From Leptospira sp. (GTDB lineage: Bacteria; Spirochaetota; Leptospiria; Leptospirales; Leptospiraceae), in assembly GCA_034439575.1 (NCBI GenBank), contig JAWXAQ010000027.1, forward strand, positions 256,001-320,000: a stretch of 64,000 nt of DNA, given 5' to 3'. A model generated the notes under the pieces. It saw only the letters and a list, made by a program, of their open reading frames with translations, did no database searches and was not told the origin of the DNA. Position numbers and translations under genes: made by a program. Shown here piece after piece: positions 50,801-59,453 of the stretch (position 1 is the first letter of the stretch; each line of letters opens with the position of its first letter).

Positions 50801-50964
50801 CTCATCATGTCAAAAATTTGTTAAATCTTGGCCAAACTTACTTAGCTGAAAAAAACTATGTGAGAGCGGAAATTATTTTAAGTTCTGCACTTATGATTGA
50901 TCCTCAGAATTCCAGTTTGTTAAGATTATTAGAGCACATCCGAAAAAAACAATCTGGTAAATAG
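47827..50964 (+). CDS. Membrane sensor: 7TM + HAMP + SpoIIE/PP2C phosphatase + TPR
   Basis: Multiple TM helices, HAMP (GNLDYRL..DDIGFMARSFNRM), GGD, DAMGK, SDG, DDLS and C-terminal TPRs. Confidence 0.9.
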   Translation: MQHWGPIAFDFYSFGSLVGVIFAFFNAQFFLTVKDKSKATVFLGLATLSLGMFHFAYLIGFSLLGPNAAFLRWLVMPSAMLGATFLTSFFLSFPEEYHLRTRKIILRVLIFIVGLTTVYFITVSINSGRVYYFSGHYWDFPVPKFYKFYGLAVFLFFVIFIVVGIIQLIKMPKETRIPAGGILFSFALLTIIPGILNIQSRDGAFERGLYQTITDLLLVVGLFISTVFFINSTKDKTMILSRIIGISLATFLLVIQLIAYSSIHQTESSYDRIYYQEARSAVISKDVDNGVSFFFTYQLDERSGKSIKDPEGKTFEPIDYSEEFWNVWLLNSIRNISDTQNISEALDAIFLNLPEEQAGYVSEIQNAVNNLNIKKPSELVSYLESLKRKILYTRNKWRELNPEESREKGRALFGLKEGKLKGFHERAIVLLDSSLSDKEVYDKIDKMLAPLPLVGERNYRGVTKFSENTPSPKFFISYFVINEKTRTVHEIGFPYENYRTYQHEVSVPWMYGGLAIAILVIFGFRFFFSGALIRPIEEIIEGLTEVNSGNLDYRLAIHVEDDIGFMARSFNRMVRSIQAARKRLQQYADQLEQKVQERTKELENTLQEVQALKDQQDGDYFLTSLLLQPFSTNHATHDNVQIDFLLEQKKKFTFRQHSKEIGGDLNIANQIVLNDKTYTVFLNADAMGKSMQGAGGALVLGSVFESIITRTQLSPEAKRTYPERWIKNTFIELHKVFEGFDGSMLVSLVLGLVDNQTGLLYFINAEHPWIVLYRDGIASFMEDELMFRKLGTSGVDGEIFIRTFQLEPGDVVIAGSDGRDDLLISLTDEGKRIINEDERLFLKVVERGRGDLEKIYEELHTIGSLTDDLSLLRVAFVEEKEKVRIEKEKLKDIQDLLTKAKEATVSSDLQEAISYLEEANSLEKNIPEIKKKFIQLYLKIKDYGKAKSMAKDYSAMKPMDTEIMYVTAFCARKVADLKTAIDFGERVRLRDPHHVKNLLNLGQTYLAEKNYVRAEIILSSALMIDPQNSSLLRLLEHIRKKQSGK

Positions 50965-50999
50965 TTAACGGACTTAGGCGAATTAGAGTCTAAATAGCA

Positions 51000-52169
51000 G
51001 TGACCAAATCCCAATACAAACTGAGTCTTCATAAAAGTTTTTTTGATTTTAAACCAGAGGAATGGAATCCACTTGTACCGGAAGATTCTGTCTTTCAAGA
51101 ATGGGAATTTTTATCCACATTGGAAAAAACATCTTGTTTGGGTCTTACTGGTGATTGGGAAATTCAAATCTTTGCTGTTAAAGAAAATGAAAACCTAAGT
51201 GGTCTTTTTCCTTTTTACAAACGACTGGATTCCTATGGAGAATATATTTTTGATTTCCAATGGGCGAATGCATTTCATAAGGCTGGCATTCCATACTATC
51301 CAAAATTTACAGCAAGTGTTCCATTTACGCCAGTGACTGGTGCTCGGATACTTTTACAGCCGAATTTGAGTGATGTGGAAAAGGATTCAATAGCAAAACT
51401 TTTGTTAGAATCCTATATTGAACTTGGAAGGGAAGAAGGAGTTTCTTCCTCCCATATTTTATTTTGTAAAGATGATGAGCTAAATTGGGGTAAGGCAGTG
51501 GGGATGGTGCCTCGCTTAACACATCAATACCATTGGATCAATAAGGGATATGAAAGTTTTGAAGACTATCTTAATTCGTTAGTAAAGGATCGAAGGAAAA
51601 CGATTCGACAGGAAAGAAAAAAAATCAATGCCCTAGGCTTGAAAATTGAAACACTTGTCGGTGGTGCTGTGAAGGAAGAACATGCGGATATTTTTTACAA
51701 TTTTTATATGGATACCCATTCTCGCAAATGGGGACAGGCCTATTTAAATCGAAATTTTTTTCTCCTAATATTCAAAACCATGGCGCACCGCATCCATCTT
51801 GTTCTTGCCTCAGATAATAGCGGAAAACCAATTGGTGGTAGTTTTAATTTTTTCCGAGGAGATTATCTTTTTGGCCGATATTGGGGGGCCTTGGAGCACA
51901 TTCCCAATCTACATTTTGAGTGTTGTTATTACCGATTGATTGATTTTGCGATTGAACATAAAATGAAACGGGTAGAAGCTGGGGCGCAAGGCGAACATAA
52001 ATTTTTAAGAGGGTATGAGGCAGTTCCTATGCATAGCCTGCATTATATATATAATGAGTCTGGAAGTGTAGCGATTTATAATTATTTGGAACGAGAAATC
52101 AAATTAGAAGAAGAGAATATTTCAAGTTACAATGCTCACTCACCGTTAAAGGCATTACGAAAAGTATAA
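51000..52169 (+). CDS. FemAB-like GNAT protein (DUF482 type)
   Basis: SYGEYIFDFQWA, VPFTPVTG, GRYWG, LHFECCYY and EAGAQGEHKFLRGY. Confidence 0.9.
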   Translation: MTKSQYKLSLHKSFFDFKPEEWNPLVPEDSVFQEWEFLSTLEKTSCLGLTGDWEIQIFAVKENENLSGLFPFYKRLDSYGEYIFDFQWANAFHKAGIPYYPKFTASVPFTPVTGARILLQPNLSDVEKDSIAKLLLESYIELGREEGVSSSHILFCKDDELNWGKAVGMVPRLTHQYHWINKGYESFEDYLNSLVKDRRKTIRQERKKINALGLKIETLVGGAVKEEHADIFYNFYMDTHSRKWGQAYLNRNFFLLIFKTMAHRIHLVLASDNSGKPIGGSFNFFRGDYLFGRYWGALEHIPNLHFECCYYRLIDFAIEHKMKRVEAGAQGEHKFLRGYEAVPMHSLHYIYNESGSVAIYNYLEREIKLEEENISSYNAHSPLKALRKV

Positions 52170-52174
52170 TAAAT

Positions 52175-52516
52175 ATGGCAAATTCCAATAAAAAATCTGG
52201 CACCCAAGACGATGTTCAAGTTTTGGAAAAACAAAAAGTTAAACTTAAAAAACCAAGCAGATATAAGGTGATATTGATTAATGATGATTATACTCCACAA
52301 GAATTTGTGGTTTGGGTTCTCGCAAATGTATTTAGAAGAAGTATAGAAGAATCTAGAAAGATTATGTGGACGGCTCATACGACTGGAACAGCCGTTTGTG
52401 GGGTTTATCCTTTGGACATTGCACAAACCAAGGTGCAAGAAGTTCATATGTATGCAGATGAGGCGGGACATCCTCTGCAATGTCAATTGGCAAAAGAAGA
52501 GGATGATGAATCATGA
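52175..52516 (+). CDS. clpS: ATP-dependent Clp protease adaptor ClpS
   Basis: YKVILINDDYTPQEFV, AHTTG, AQTK and HPLQC. Confidence 0.95.
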   Translation: MANSNKKSGTQDDVQVLEKQKVKLKKPSRYKVILINDDYTPQEFVVWVLANVFRRSIEESRKIMWTAHTTGTAVCGVYPLDIAQTKVQEVHMYADEAGHPLQCQLAKEEDDES

Positions 52517-54777
52517 AACTATCAGAAGATTTAGAACAATCATTAGAAACAGCTAAAAAAGAGGCAGAAAAACACCATCATGAGTTTGTTACTCTAGAAC
52601 ATTTGTTATATGGCTTAAGTTTTAATTTAAAGGTTAGGGAAGTTTTATTGAATGTAGGTTGCGATATAGAAATGTTACGCACCGATTTACTTTCCTACTT
52701 TGAAGATGAACTATCAACTATCGCTGTGCCGGGTATCAAAATACAACCTCGTTACACTGTCGGTGTGCAATATGTGATTCAATTTGCTGCTTTCCATGTA
52801 GAGAACAATGGAAAAGCCGAAATCGAAGGAACAAATATCCTTGTCGCAATTTTTCGGGAAGAAGAAAGCCATGCCTGTTATTTGCTCGCCAAACAAAACA
52901 TAACTAGAGTCGATGTCCTTCGTTATATATCGCATGGAACGAAAAAAAAGAATGATACAGAGCCACAATTTCTAAATGAAGACGAGGAAGTGAGTGCAGA
53001 AGAAACGGGTAAGTCAGCATTAGAAAAATTTTGTATCAATCTCACAGAACGTGCACGACTCGGAAAACTCGATCCTTGTATAGGCCGAGAATTAGAAATT
53101 CAGAGAACCATTCATATTTTGAGTCGTAGGCGAAAAAACAATCCTATCTTTGTCGGCGAAGCAGGTGTGGGAAAAACAAGTATCGTCGAAGGGCTTGCCC
53201 AAAGAATCATAGATAAAAAAGTGCCGAAGTCATTACTCAATTTTGAAATTTATTCTTTGGATATGGGACTTGTCATGGCTGGCACAAAGTTTCGCGGGGA
53301 ATTTGAAGAAAGACTGAAAGCCATATTATCTGAAGTTGTGGGTTTTGAAAACAAAGTGGTTTTTATCGATGAGATTCACACCATCGTTGGGGCCGGGGCT
53401 GTCTCTGGTGGAAGTTTGGATGCCTCAAACTTAATGAAACCAGCACTTGCCAATGGTGAATTGAAATGCATTGGAACCACAACTTATAAAGAGTACAAAG
53501 CTATCTTTGAAAAAGACCATGCTTTGGCTAGGCGTTTCCAAAAAATAGAAGTCGGTGAACCCACATTAGATGATGCACTAAAGATTTTAAATGGCTTAAA
53601 AGAACGTTATGAAAATTTTCATGGTGTTAAATATAGCCCAAAAGCTTTGAAGGCCGCCGTTGATTTATCTGACAAATACTTAAAAGATAGACACCTTCCC
53701 GATAAAGCCATTGATTTAATGGACGAAGCGGGCGCCTTTGTCAAGTTACGCGACGAAGAAAAAGAAGAAGGTAAAAAGATTGTCAGTACTTCGGAAATCG
53801 AATCTTTAATTTCGAAAATTGCAAAAATACCAGCAAAAACTGTAAAATCTGATGATAAAAAGAAACTTCTGGGCTTAACCGAACAAATGACATCAGTCGT
53901 TTTTGGACAAAACAATGCCATTGAACAGGTGGTAGATGCCATACATTATTCCCGTTCGGGACTTGGCGAAGAAGGTAGACCCATCGGGAGTTTTCTTTTT
54001 GTGGGCCCGACAGGTGTCGGTAAAACAGAAGTGGCAAAAACTCTCGCAGAAAAAATGGGGATAGATTTCCTAAGATTTGATATGAGTGAGTATATGGAGA
54101 AACATTCGGTTTCTCGTTTGATTGGTTCTCCTCCAGGATATGTCGGTTTTGACCAAGGCGGCCAACTAACTGATGCAATATCCAAAACACCGCATTGTGT
54201 TTTGTTATTGGATGAAATCGAAAAAGCACATGAAGATATTTATAACATTTTATTGCAAGTGATGGATCATGCGACCTTAACCGATAGCACCGGTAAAAAA
54301 GCTGATTTTCGGCAAGTGATTCTCATTATGACGACAAATAGTGGCGCCACTGAACGCTCCAAAGCCATGCTTGGATTTGAACCAAGTGATTATGATGATA
54401 GAAGTATGAAGGCGATTGAACGAACCTTTACACCAGAATTTCGCAATCGTTTGACCGCAGTAATAGAGTTTAATTCCCTTGCCTTGGATATCGTGGAACG
54501 CATCGTCGATCGAATGTTTGGTGAACTGTCACAAAAAGCAAAGGCCAAAGGTGTTCAAATTGAACTATCAAATGAGGCAAGAAGGTATCTTGCTGAAAAT
54601 GGTTACAATAAAGAAATGGGTGCAAGACCGATCCAGAGAATCATCGATACCGAAATTGGAAAACCTTTATCCAAAATATTACTTTTTCAAGACGGTGCTA
54701 AAACAGATTTAATCGTTACTATAATTCCAGATAAAGAGAAAGAGGGAAAATCAAAAATTTCTCTCGTTAAAAAATAG
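52513..54777 (+). CDS. clpA: ATP-dependent Clp protease ATP-binding subunit ClpA
   Basis: [10 protein letters not shown], two AAA modules ([16 protein letters not shown]), LGF loop, no M-domain; ATGA overlap with clpS. Confidence 0.96.
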   Translation: MKLSEDLEQSLETAKKEAEKHHHEFVTLEHLLYGLSFNLKVREVLLNVGCDIEMLRTDLLSYFEDELSTIAVPGIKIQPRYTVGVQYVIQFAAFHVENNGKAEIEGTNILVAIFREEESHACYLLAKQNITRVDVLRYISHGTKKKNDTEPQFLNEDEEVSAEETGKSALEKFCINLTERARLGKLDPCIGRELEIQRTIHILSRRRKNNPIFVGEAGVGKTSIVEGLAQRIIDKKVPKSLLNFEIYSLDMGLVMAGTKFRGEFEERLKAILSEVVGFENKVVFIDEIHTIVGAGAVSGGSLDASNLMKPALANGELKCIGTTTYKEYKAIFEKDHALARRFQKIEVGEPTLDDALKILNGLKERYENFHGVKYSPKALKAAVDLSDKYLKDRHLPDKAIDLMDEAGAFVKLRDEEKEEGKKIVSTSEIESLISKIAKIPAKTVKSDDKKKLLGLTEQMTSVVFGQNNAIEQVVDAIHYSRSGLGEEGRPIGSFLFVGPTGVGKTEVAKTLAEKMGIDFLRFDMSEYMEKHSVSRLIGSPPGYVGFDQGGQLTDAISKTPHCVLLLDEIEKAHEDIYNILLQVMDHATLTDSTGKKADFRQVILIMTTNSGATERSKAMLGFEPSDYDDRSMKAIERTFTPEFRNRLTAVIEFNSLALDIVERIVDRMFGELSQKAKAKGVQIELSNEARRYLAENGYNKEMGARPIQRIIDTEIGKPLSKILLFQDGAKTDLIVTIIPDKEKEGKSKISLVKK

Positions 54778-54783
54778 AAATAT

Positions 54784-55323
54784 TTACACTTCTTTTTTTT
54801 CAATTTGAAATTTGGTATCTTCTTCCTGGAAAGTAAGATAACCCAGTATGATGTTTGTTAGGCTAATGAGTGCAAATAAATAAAATACTGGGCGGTATGA
54901 GATTTCTTTCACATCAATAAAATCAAAAAAATATCGATTTGGCTCTAAATAACCCCATAACAAAAGAATAAGAAGCAACAATTGGCTGGAAAAAAACCAA
55001 ATACGATTCCAATTATTTTGCCAAAATCCGAGAAAAAAGAAATTTAATAATGAGATCGAAATAAAGAAAAAATTCCATTTAGGAGATATGGTTACGCTTT
55101 CTGGTGTATCATAAAATTTTACATCATACTCAAACCAAGAAAATCCACTGAGTAAAAATTGTAAAAAGAGAAGGATAAAAAATGCTTTATCGAAACCAAA
55201 TTTTTTCTGCCAAAAGGCATAGATAAATATGGATCCTGACTTCATCAAATGAACCCAACCGAGTAAAACGATTGATATAGTTTGTAAAGTAAAGGTCAAA
55301 TAATTATAAATATCTACAAGCAT
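54784..55323 (-). CDS. Hypothetical membrane protein
   Basis: About 4-5 hydrophobic segments; TAATG overlap with the Rid gene stop. Confidence 0.7.
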   Translation of the reverse strand: MLVDIYNYLTFTLQTISIVLLGWVHLMKSGSIFIYAFWQKKFGFDKAFFILLFLQFLLSGFSWFEYDVKFYDTPESVTISPKWNFFFISISLLNFFFLGFWQNNWNRIWFFSSQLLLLILLLWGYLEPNRYFFDFIDVKEISYRPVFYLFALISLTNIILGYLTFQEEDTKFQIEKKEV

Positions 55324-55784
55324 TAGTCTTTAACTTCAACAACTAATTCGAGTTCAACGATAGCATCTAAAGGAAGGGATGATACTCCTATAGCAAATCT
55401 CGCATGTTTTCCCTTTTCCCCAAAAATCTGAATTAACAATTCAGATGCACCATTTGCCACTAAATGTTGTTCGGTGAAGGATGGATGTGATGCTACATAG
55501 ACTCCCATCTTTACAATTTTCTGAATTTTATCCAAACTATCTGTGTGAAGTAATATGGCGGCAAGGGCATTCAAACAAGCAAGTCTCGCCTGGCTTTGTG
55601 CCAAGTCCAAAGTGGCAGATTCACCCACTTTGCCTTTAATTTCCAGTTTTCCTTCTTTTAAGGGCAATTGGCCGGAAGTATAAATCAAATTTCCACTCCG
55701 AGAAGCGGGTAGATAGAGAGCGACCGCTTGGGGTGTTGGGGGTAGAACGATGCCAAGGGAACGTAAATTTTCTGCCGAATTCAT
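55323..55784 (-). CDS. RidA/YjgF/UK114 family protein
   Basis: IYTSGQLP, ANGASELL, HARFAIGVSSLP and VELELV; start refined to ATG 55784. Confidence 0.92.
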   Translation of the reverse strand: MNSAENLRSLGIVLPPTPQAVALYLPASRSGNLIYTSGQLPLKEGKLEIKGKVGESATLDLAQSQARLACLNALAAILLHTDSLDKIQKIVKMGVYVASHPSFTEQHLVANGASELLIQIFGEKGKHARFAIGVSSLPLDAIVELELVVEVKD

Positions 55785-55861
55785 TAAATTCATCATTTTT
55801 TTTAGTGAATGATTCGGAAATTCTATTTTTTTTATCGATTCATCTATTTTTTTCTTGCAAA

Positions 55862-55920
55862 TTAGCAGTCCAACATGCAGAGTGCTGATTGAATTGGCAC
55901 TACTGAGAGATGAGTGCTTA
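55862..55920 (+). promoter_or_regulatory. Tandem CIRCE elements (HrcA operators)
   Basis: TTAGCAGTC-N9-GAGTGCTGA (55862-88) and TTGGCACTA-N9-GAGTGCTTA (55894-920) versus consensus TTAGCACTC-N9-GAGTGCTAA. Confidence 0.88.
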
Positions 55921-55932
55921 AGGAGAACAGAG

Positions 55933-56376
55933 ATGTTATTTCGAATTCTAGACAACCCAAGTAGACAAAATCCTTTCTGGAGAGACTTTGATCGTTTCAA
56001 TGATGAGATCACTAAATCGATTTTAGATTCTCAATTTGGGAACGTAAGAAGTTTTCCACCAATCAATGTTTTCACAAGAGAAGATGAAGCTCTTGTTTCT
56101 GCTCTCGTTCCAGGCATGGATATAGAGAATATTGATATTTCCGTTAAAGATAATATTCTCACAATTCATGGGAAAAAGAACGCAGAAGAATTAGCTGAAG
56201 GAACTGAGATTCACAGACGCGAAATTTATTCTGGAAATTTTACTCGTTCCGTTGAACTCCCGTTTCGTGTGAACCAGGAAAAAGTCACAGCAAAATACAC
56301 CAATGGTGTTTTAAATATCCTGCTTCCAAGAAGAGAAGAGGATAAACCTAAAAAAATTAATATTAACTTTGGTTAA
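55933..56376 (+). CDS. Small heat shock protein (Hsp20/alpha-crystallin)
   Basis: PPINV, VPGM, GNFTRSVELP and AKYTNGVLNILLP; start refined to ATG 55933 behind AGGAG. Confidence 0.94.
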   Translation: MLFRILDNPSRQNPFWRDFDRFNDEITKSILDSQFGNVRSFPPINVFTREDEALVSALVPGMDIENIDISVKDNILTIHGKKNAEELAEGTEIHRREIYSGNFTRSVELPFRVNQEKVTAKYTNGVLNILLPRREEDKPKKININFG

Positions 56377-56388
56377 GAGGAGAAGACT

Positions 56389-56784
56389 ATGAATACACTT
56401 GCTACAAAACAAAATGAAACAGTTGAAGGATCCGTTCCGACACAAACAAAAAAGGAAGAAAGGATCTATTCACCAAATGTAAATATATTTGAATCAAAAG
56501 ATAACGTGACGCTTTTTGTAGAGTTACCAGGCCTTGATCAATCCTCGGTAGAGGTCAGCATAGAAAAAGATACACTTTCTATCGAAGGAAGTTATCACTT
56601 TGATGAGTCAAATTATGGTAAGGCCGCATTGCAAGAATTTAGAGGGGGAAAATACTCTCGAAAATTCACATTGGGTAAGTTAGTGGATGTTGAGAATGCT
56701 CAGGCCAAAATGAAAAATGGAATCCTTGAGTTGACTTTGCAAAAACTAGAGCCCAAAAAAACTAAGATTGAAATTCAGTCTTAA
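56389..56784 (+). CDS. Small heat shock protein (Hsp20/alpha-crystallin)
   Basis: PNVNIFE, VELPG, YSRKFTL and AKMKNGILEL. Confidence 0.94.
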   Translation: MNTLATKQNETVEGSVPTQTKKEERIYSPNVNIFESKDNVTLFVELPGLDQSSVEVSIEKDTLSIEGSYHFDESNYGKAALQEFRGGKYSRKFTLGKLVDVENAQAKMKNGILELTLQKLEPKKTKIEIQS

Positions 56785-56822
56785 GTTTAAATCAAAAGAC
56801 AATCGTACATTCGATGTACTTG

Positions 56823-56850
56823 CCCGAGTCAAATTGCTCGGGTTTTTTTT
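56823..56850 (+). terminator. Intrinsic terminator of the hsp20 operon
   Basis: CCCGAG-TCAAATTG-CTCGGG followed by T8. Confidence 0.85.
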
Positions 56851-57931
56851 ATTTTAATAGGTTTTTAAGTTCCTGTATTAATTGATCATTCTCCGATTTA
56901 CTTCCAACTGAAATTCTTACATAATCTTTGGGAATTCCTTTGGAAAAATAGCGAACTAAAATATTTTTTTCCTTCAAAGATTCATAAATCCATTCGGGTT
57001 TGAATTTTGAATGGGGTTTGCAAAATAAAAAATTGGTATGGCTATCTGTAATTTGAAAACCCAATGCCTCTAAGGCTGTTTTGACTCTGGATCTTTCACT
57101 GATTAAGAGAGAAATATTTTTTTGGAAGTATTCTTCATCTTCAAAAGCTGCGAGGGCAATTTCTTGTTCCAACATACCTAAGTTATACGAGTCTTTTAAT
57201 TTTGATATCTGTTCGATCAGATTTTTTTCCCCAATTAAAAAACCAACTCGCAGTCCCGCTAGGGAATATGATTTAGAAAAAGTTCTTGAGATTACGAGGT
57301 TCGGACAATTGCCAATTTCGTTGATAAGGCTTGTACCTTCAGGTGCGAAATCGATATATGCCTCATCGGATAAAACGATCCCATCAAAATTTTTGATCAA
57401 TTGAACTAAATTTTCTTTTTTTTCAAGTAGTCCTGTTGGTGCATTTGGGTGAGCGAATGCGATGAGCTTTCCTTTTTCTTTGCCTAAGGCATCATGATCA
57501 AAATATAAATCTTCTTTTACGGGTATATTTTTAAATTCTACGCCACACATCAACTGTTCTACGAGAACCGGATAAAGAGAATAAGTGGGATCTGGCGCGA
57601 TTATTTTATCTCCAGGACCAAGCACTGCTTGGAATAGGAGGCGAAGTGCTTCATCACTTCCATTGGTGACAAGGATTTGATCGGGATTTAAATTGTATTT
57701 TTTGGCAATCGCCGATCTTAGTTTCAGCGAATTATAATGTGGGTATTTTCTAAGTAATCCTTTGCTAAGTATCTCATCAATTTTTTTTAAAATTTTGGGA
57801 GAAGGTGGGTATGGATTTTCATTTGTATTGATCTTTACGACCGCCTCGCCTAAGTTAGGTTGTTCTCCTGGAGTGTAGGGAACAAGGGGCATAAGTTCTT
57901 TTCGTAAATATTTTAAATTGGAATCTGCCAT
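56849..57931 (-). CDS. hisC: Histidinol-phosphate aminotransferase
   Basis: NTNENPYPP, NGSDE, PNAPTG, DEAYIDF and RTFSKSYSLAGLRVG. Confidence 0.95.
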   Translation of the reverse strand: MADSNLKYLRKELMPLVPYTPGEQPNLGEAVVKINTNENPYPPSPKILKKIDEILSKGLLRKYPHYNSLKLRSAIAKKYNLNPDQILVTNGSDEALRLLFQAVLGPGDKIIAPDPTYSLYPVLVEQLMCGVEFKNIPVKEDLYFDHDALGKEKGKLIAFAHPNAPTGLLEKKENLVQLIKNFDGIVLSDEAYIDFAPEGTSLINEIGNCPNLVISRTFSKSYSLAGLRVGFLIGEKNLIEQISKLKDSYNLGMLEQEIALAAFEDEEYFQKNISLLISERSRVKTALEALGFQITDSHTNFLFCKPHSKFKPEWIYESLKEKNILVRYFSKGIPKDYVRISVGSKSENDQLIQELKNLLK

Positions 57932-57932
57932 T

Positions 57933-59435
57933 TTATAAACGATTTAAGGCATCAATATAGGCTTTAGCACAAGCTTCAATGATATCTGTTGAATCACCCT
58001 TTCCCACAACCCTTTTGTTTTCATATTCTACGGTTACGGAAGCTTCCGCCATAGCATCCATACCTTCCGTGACAGGAGAGATAACGAGTCTAGATAACAA
58101 AGGATAAATGCCAGTAATTTTATCTATCGCTTTAAAAATGCTATCTACTGGACCATCACCATTTGATTCGGAATTTTTAGTTTCTTTTTCGACAACTAAG
58201 GTCACTTTGGCGGAAGGTATTTTGTTTGAACCCGTGCCTTGTTCAAAACTTACTAAAGTATATTTTCCATCAACCTGTGTTCTTCTCGTTTCTGATTGGA
58301 AAAGAGCTGAAATATCCTCATCAAAAACTTCTTTTTTCTTATCCGCAATTTCTAGAAATCTTGTATAAGCATTGTCTAGTTCTTCTGGTTTTGGATCAAA
58401 ACCGAGGCGAATGATTCTATCTTTAAATCCTGCGCGACCTGAATGACGACCCAAAACCATACGATTTGATTTCAGACCAACAGATTCAGGAGTCATAATT
58501 TCATATGTTTGTCTATTTTTAATCACACCATCTTGGTGGATTCCTGATTCGTGGGCAAAGGCATTAGCTCCCACTATGGCTTTGTTAGGTTGTACGACCA
58601 TGCCTGTGATCGTTTTTACTAAATAGGAGGCACGAGTGATCAAAGTAGTTTCGATTTTAGTTTCTACTCCAAATCTATCTTTACGAGTTTTAAGAGCCAT
58701 TACCACTTCTTCCATGGCTGTATTGCCTGCTCTTTCGCCAATTCCGTTCACCGTGCACTCAATTTGGCGTCCTCCCGCAAGAACAGTTGCCAAAGAATTG
58801 GCAACGGCAAGACCCAAGTCATTATGGCAATGTGCGGAAAAAACAACCTTGTCTGAACCTTTCACTTTTGTTTTTAAAAATTGAAATAGTTCAAAGTATT
58901 CTTGGGGTGTCGTATAACCAACTGTATCTGGGATATTGATTGTGGTCGCACCTTCTTCTATCACAGCTTCCACAAGTTCACGTAAAAACTCCCATTCGGA
59001 TCTTGTTGCATCTTCCGGCGAAAATTCAACATCTTCCACAAAACCTCGTGCCATACGGACAGCCTCTCTAGCCATTGTTAGCACTTCACTCGGAGTTTTT
59101 CCCAGTTTGTGTTTCATATGAATGGGAGAGGATGCGATAAAAGTATGAATTCGTTTTTTCTTTGCCTCTTTCAAAGCATCTCGTGCGGATTCTAAATCGG
59201 GCCGAAGGGAACGGGCAAGAGCACAAATGATGGGACCTTCCACTTCTCTTGCAATTCTAGAAACGGCTTCGAACTGTACAGGGGAAGAAACAGGAAATCC
59301 TGCTTCAATGATGTCTACATTCATTTTGGCGAGATGAAGGGCGATTTCGACTTTTTCATCTTCACTCATGGCGGCACCAGGGCACTGCTCGCCGTCTCTT
59401 AATGTGGTATCAAATATGCGTACGTAATCTTCCAT
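57933..59435 (-). CDS. leuA: 2-isopropylmalate synthase
   Basis: DTTLRDGEQ, HCHNDLG, GERAGN, HESGIHQDG and the regulatory-domain motif GDGPVD. Confidence 0.95.
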   Translation of the reverse strand: MEDYVRIFDTTLRDGEQCPGAAMSEDEKVEIALHLAKMNVDIIEAGFPVSSPVQFEAVSRIAREVEGPIICALARSLRPDLESARDALKEAKKKRIHTFIASSPIHMKHKLGKTPSEVLTMAREAVRMARGFVEDVEFSPEDATRSEWEFLRELVEAVIEEGATTINIPDTVGYTTPQEYFELFQFLKTKVKGSDKVVFSAHCHNDLGLAVANSLATVLAGGRQIECTVNGIGERAGNTAMEEVVMALKTRKDRFGVETKIETTLITRASYLVKTITGMVVQPNKAIVGANAFAHESGIHQDGVIKNRQTYEIMTPESVGLKSNRMVLGRHSGRAGFKDRIIRLGFDPKPEELDNAYTRFLEIADKKKEVFDEDISALFQSETRRTQVDGKYTLVSFEQGTGSNKIPSAKVTLVVEKETKNSESNGDGPVDSIFKAIDKITGIYPLLSRLVISPVTEGMDAMAEASVTVEYENKRVVGKGDSTDIIEACAKAYIDALNRL

Positions 59436-59453
59436 CTACCTCCAGATCAATTT

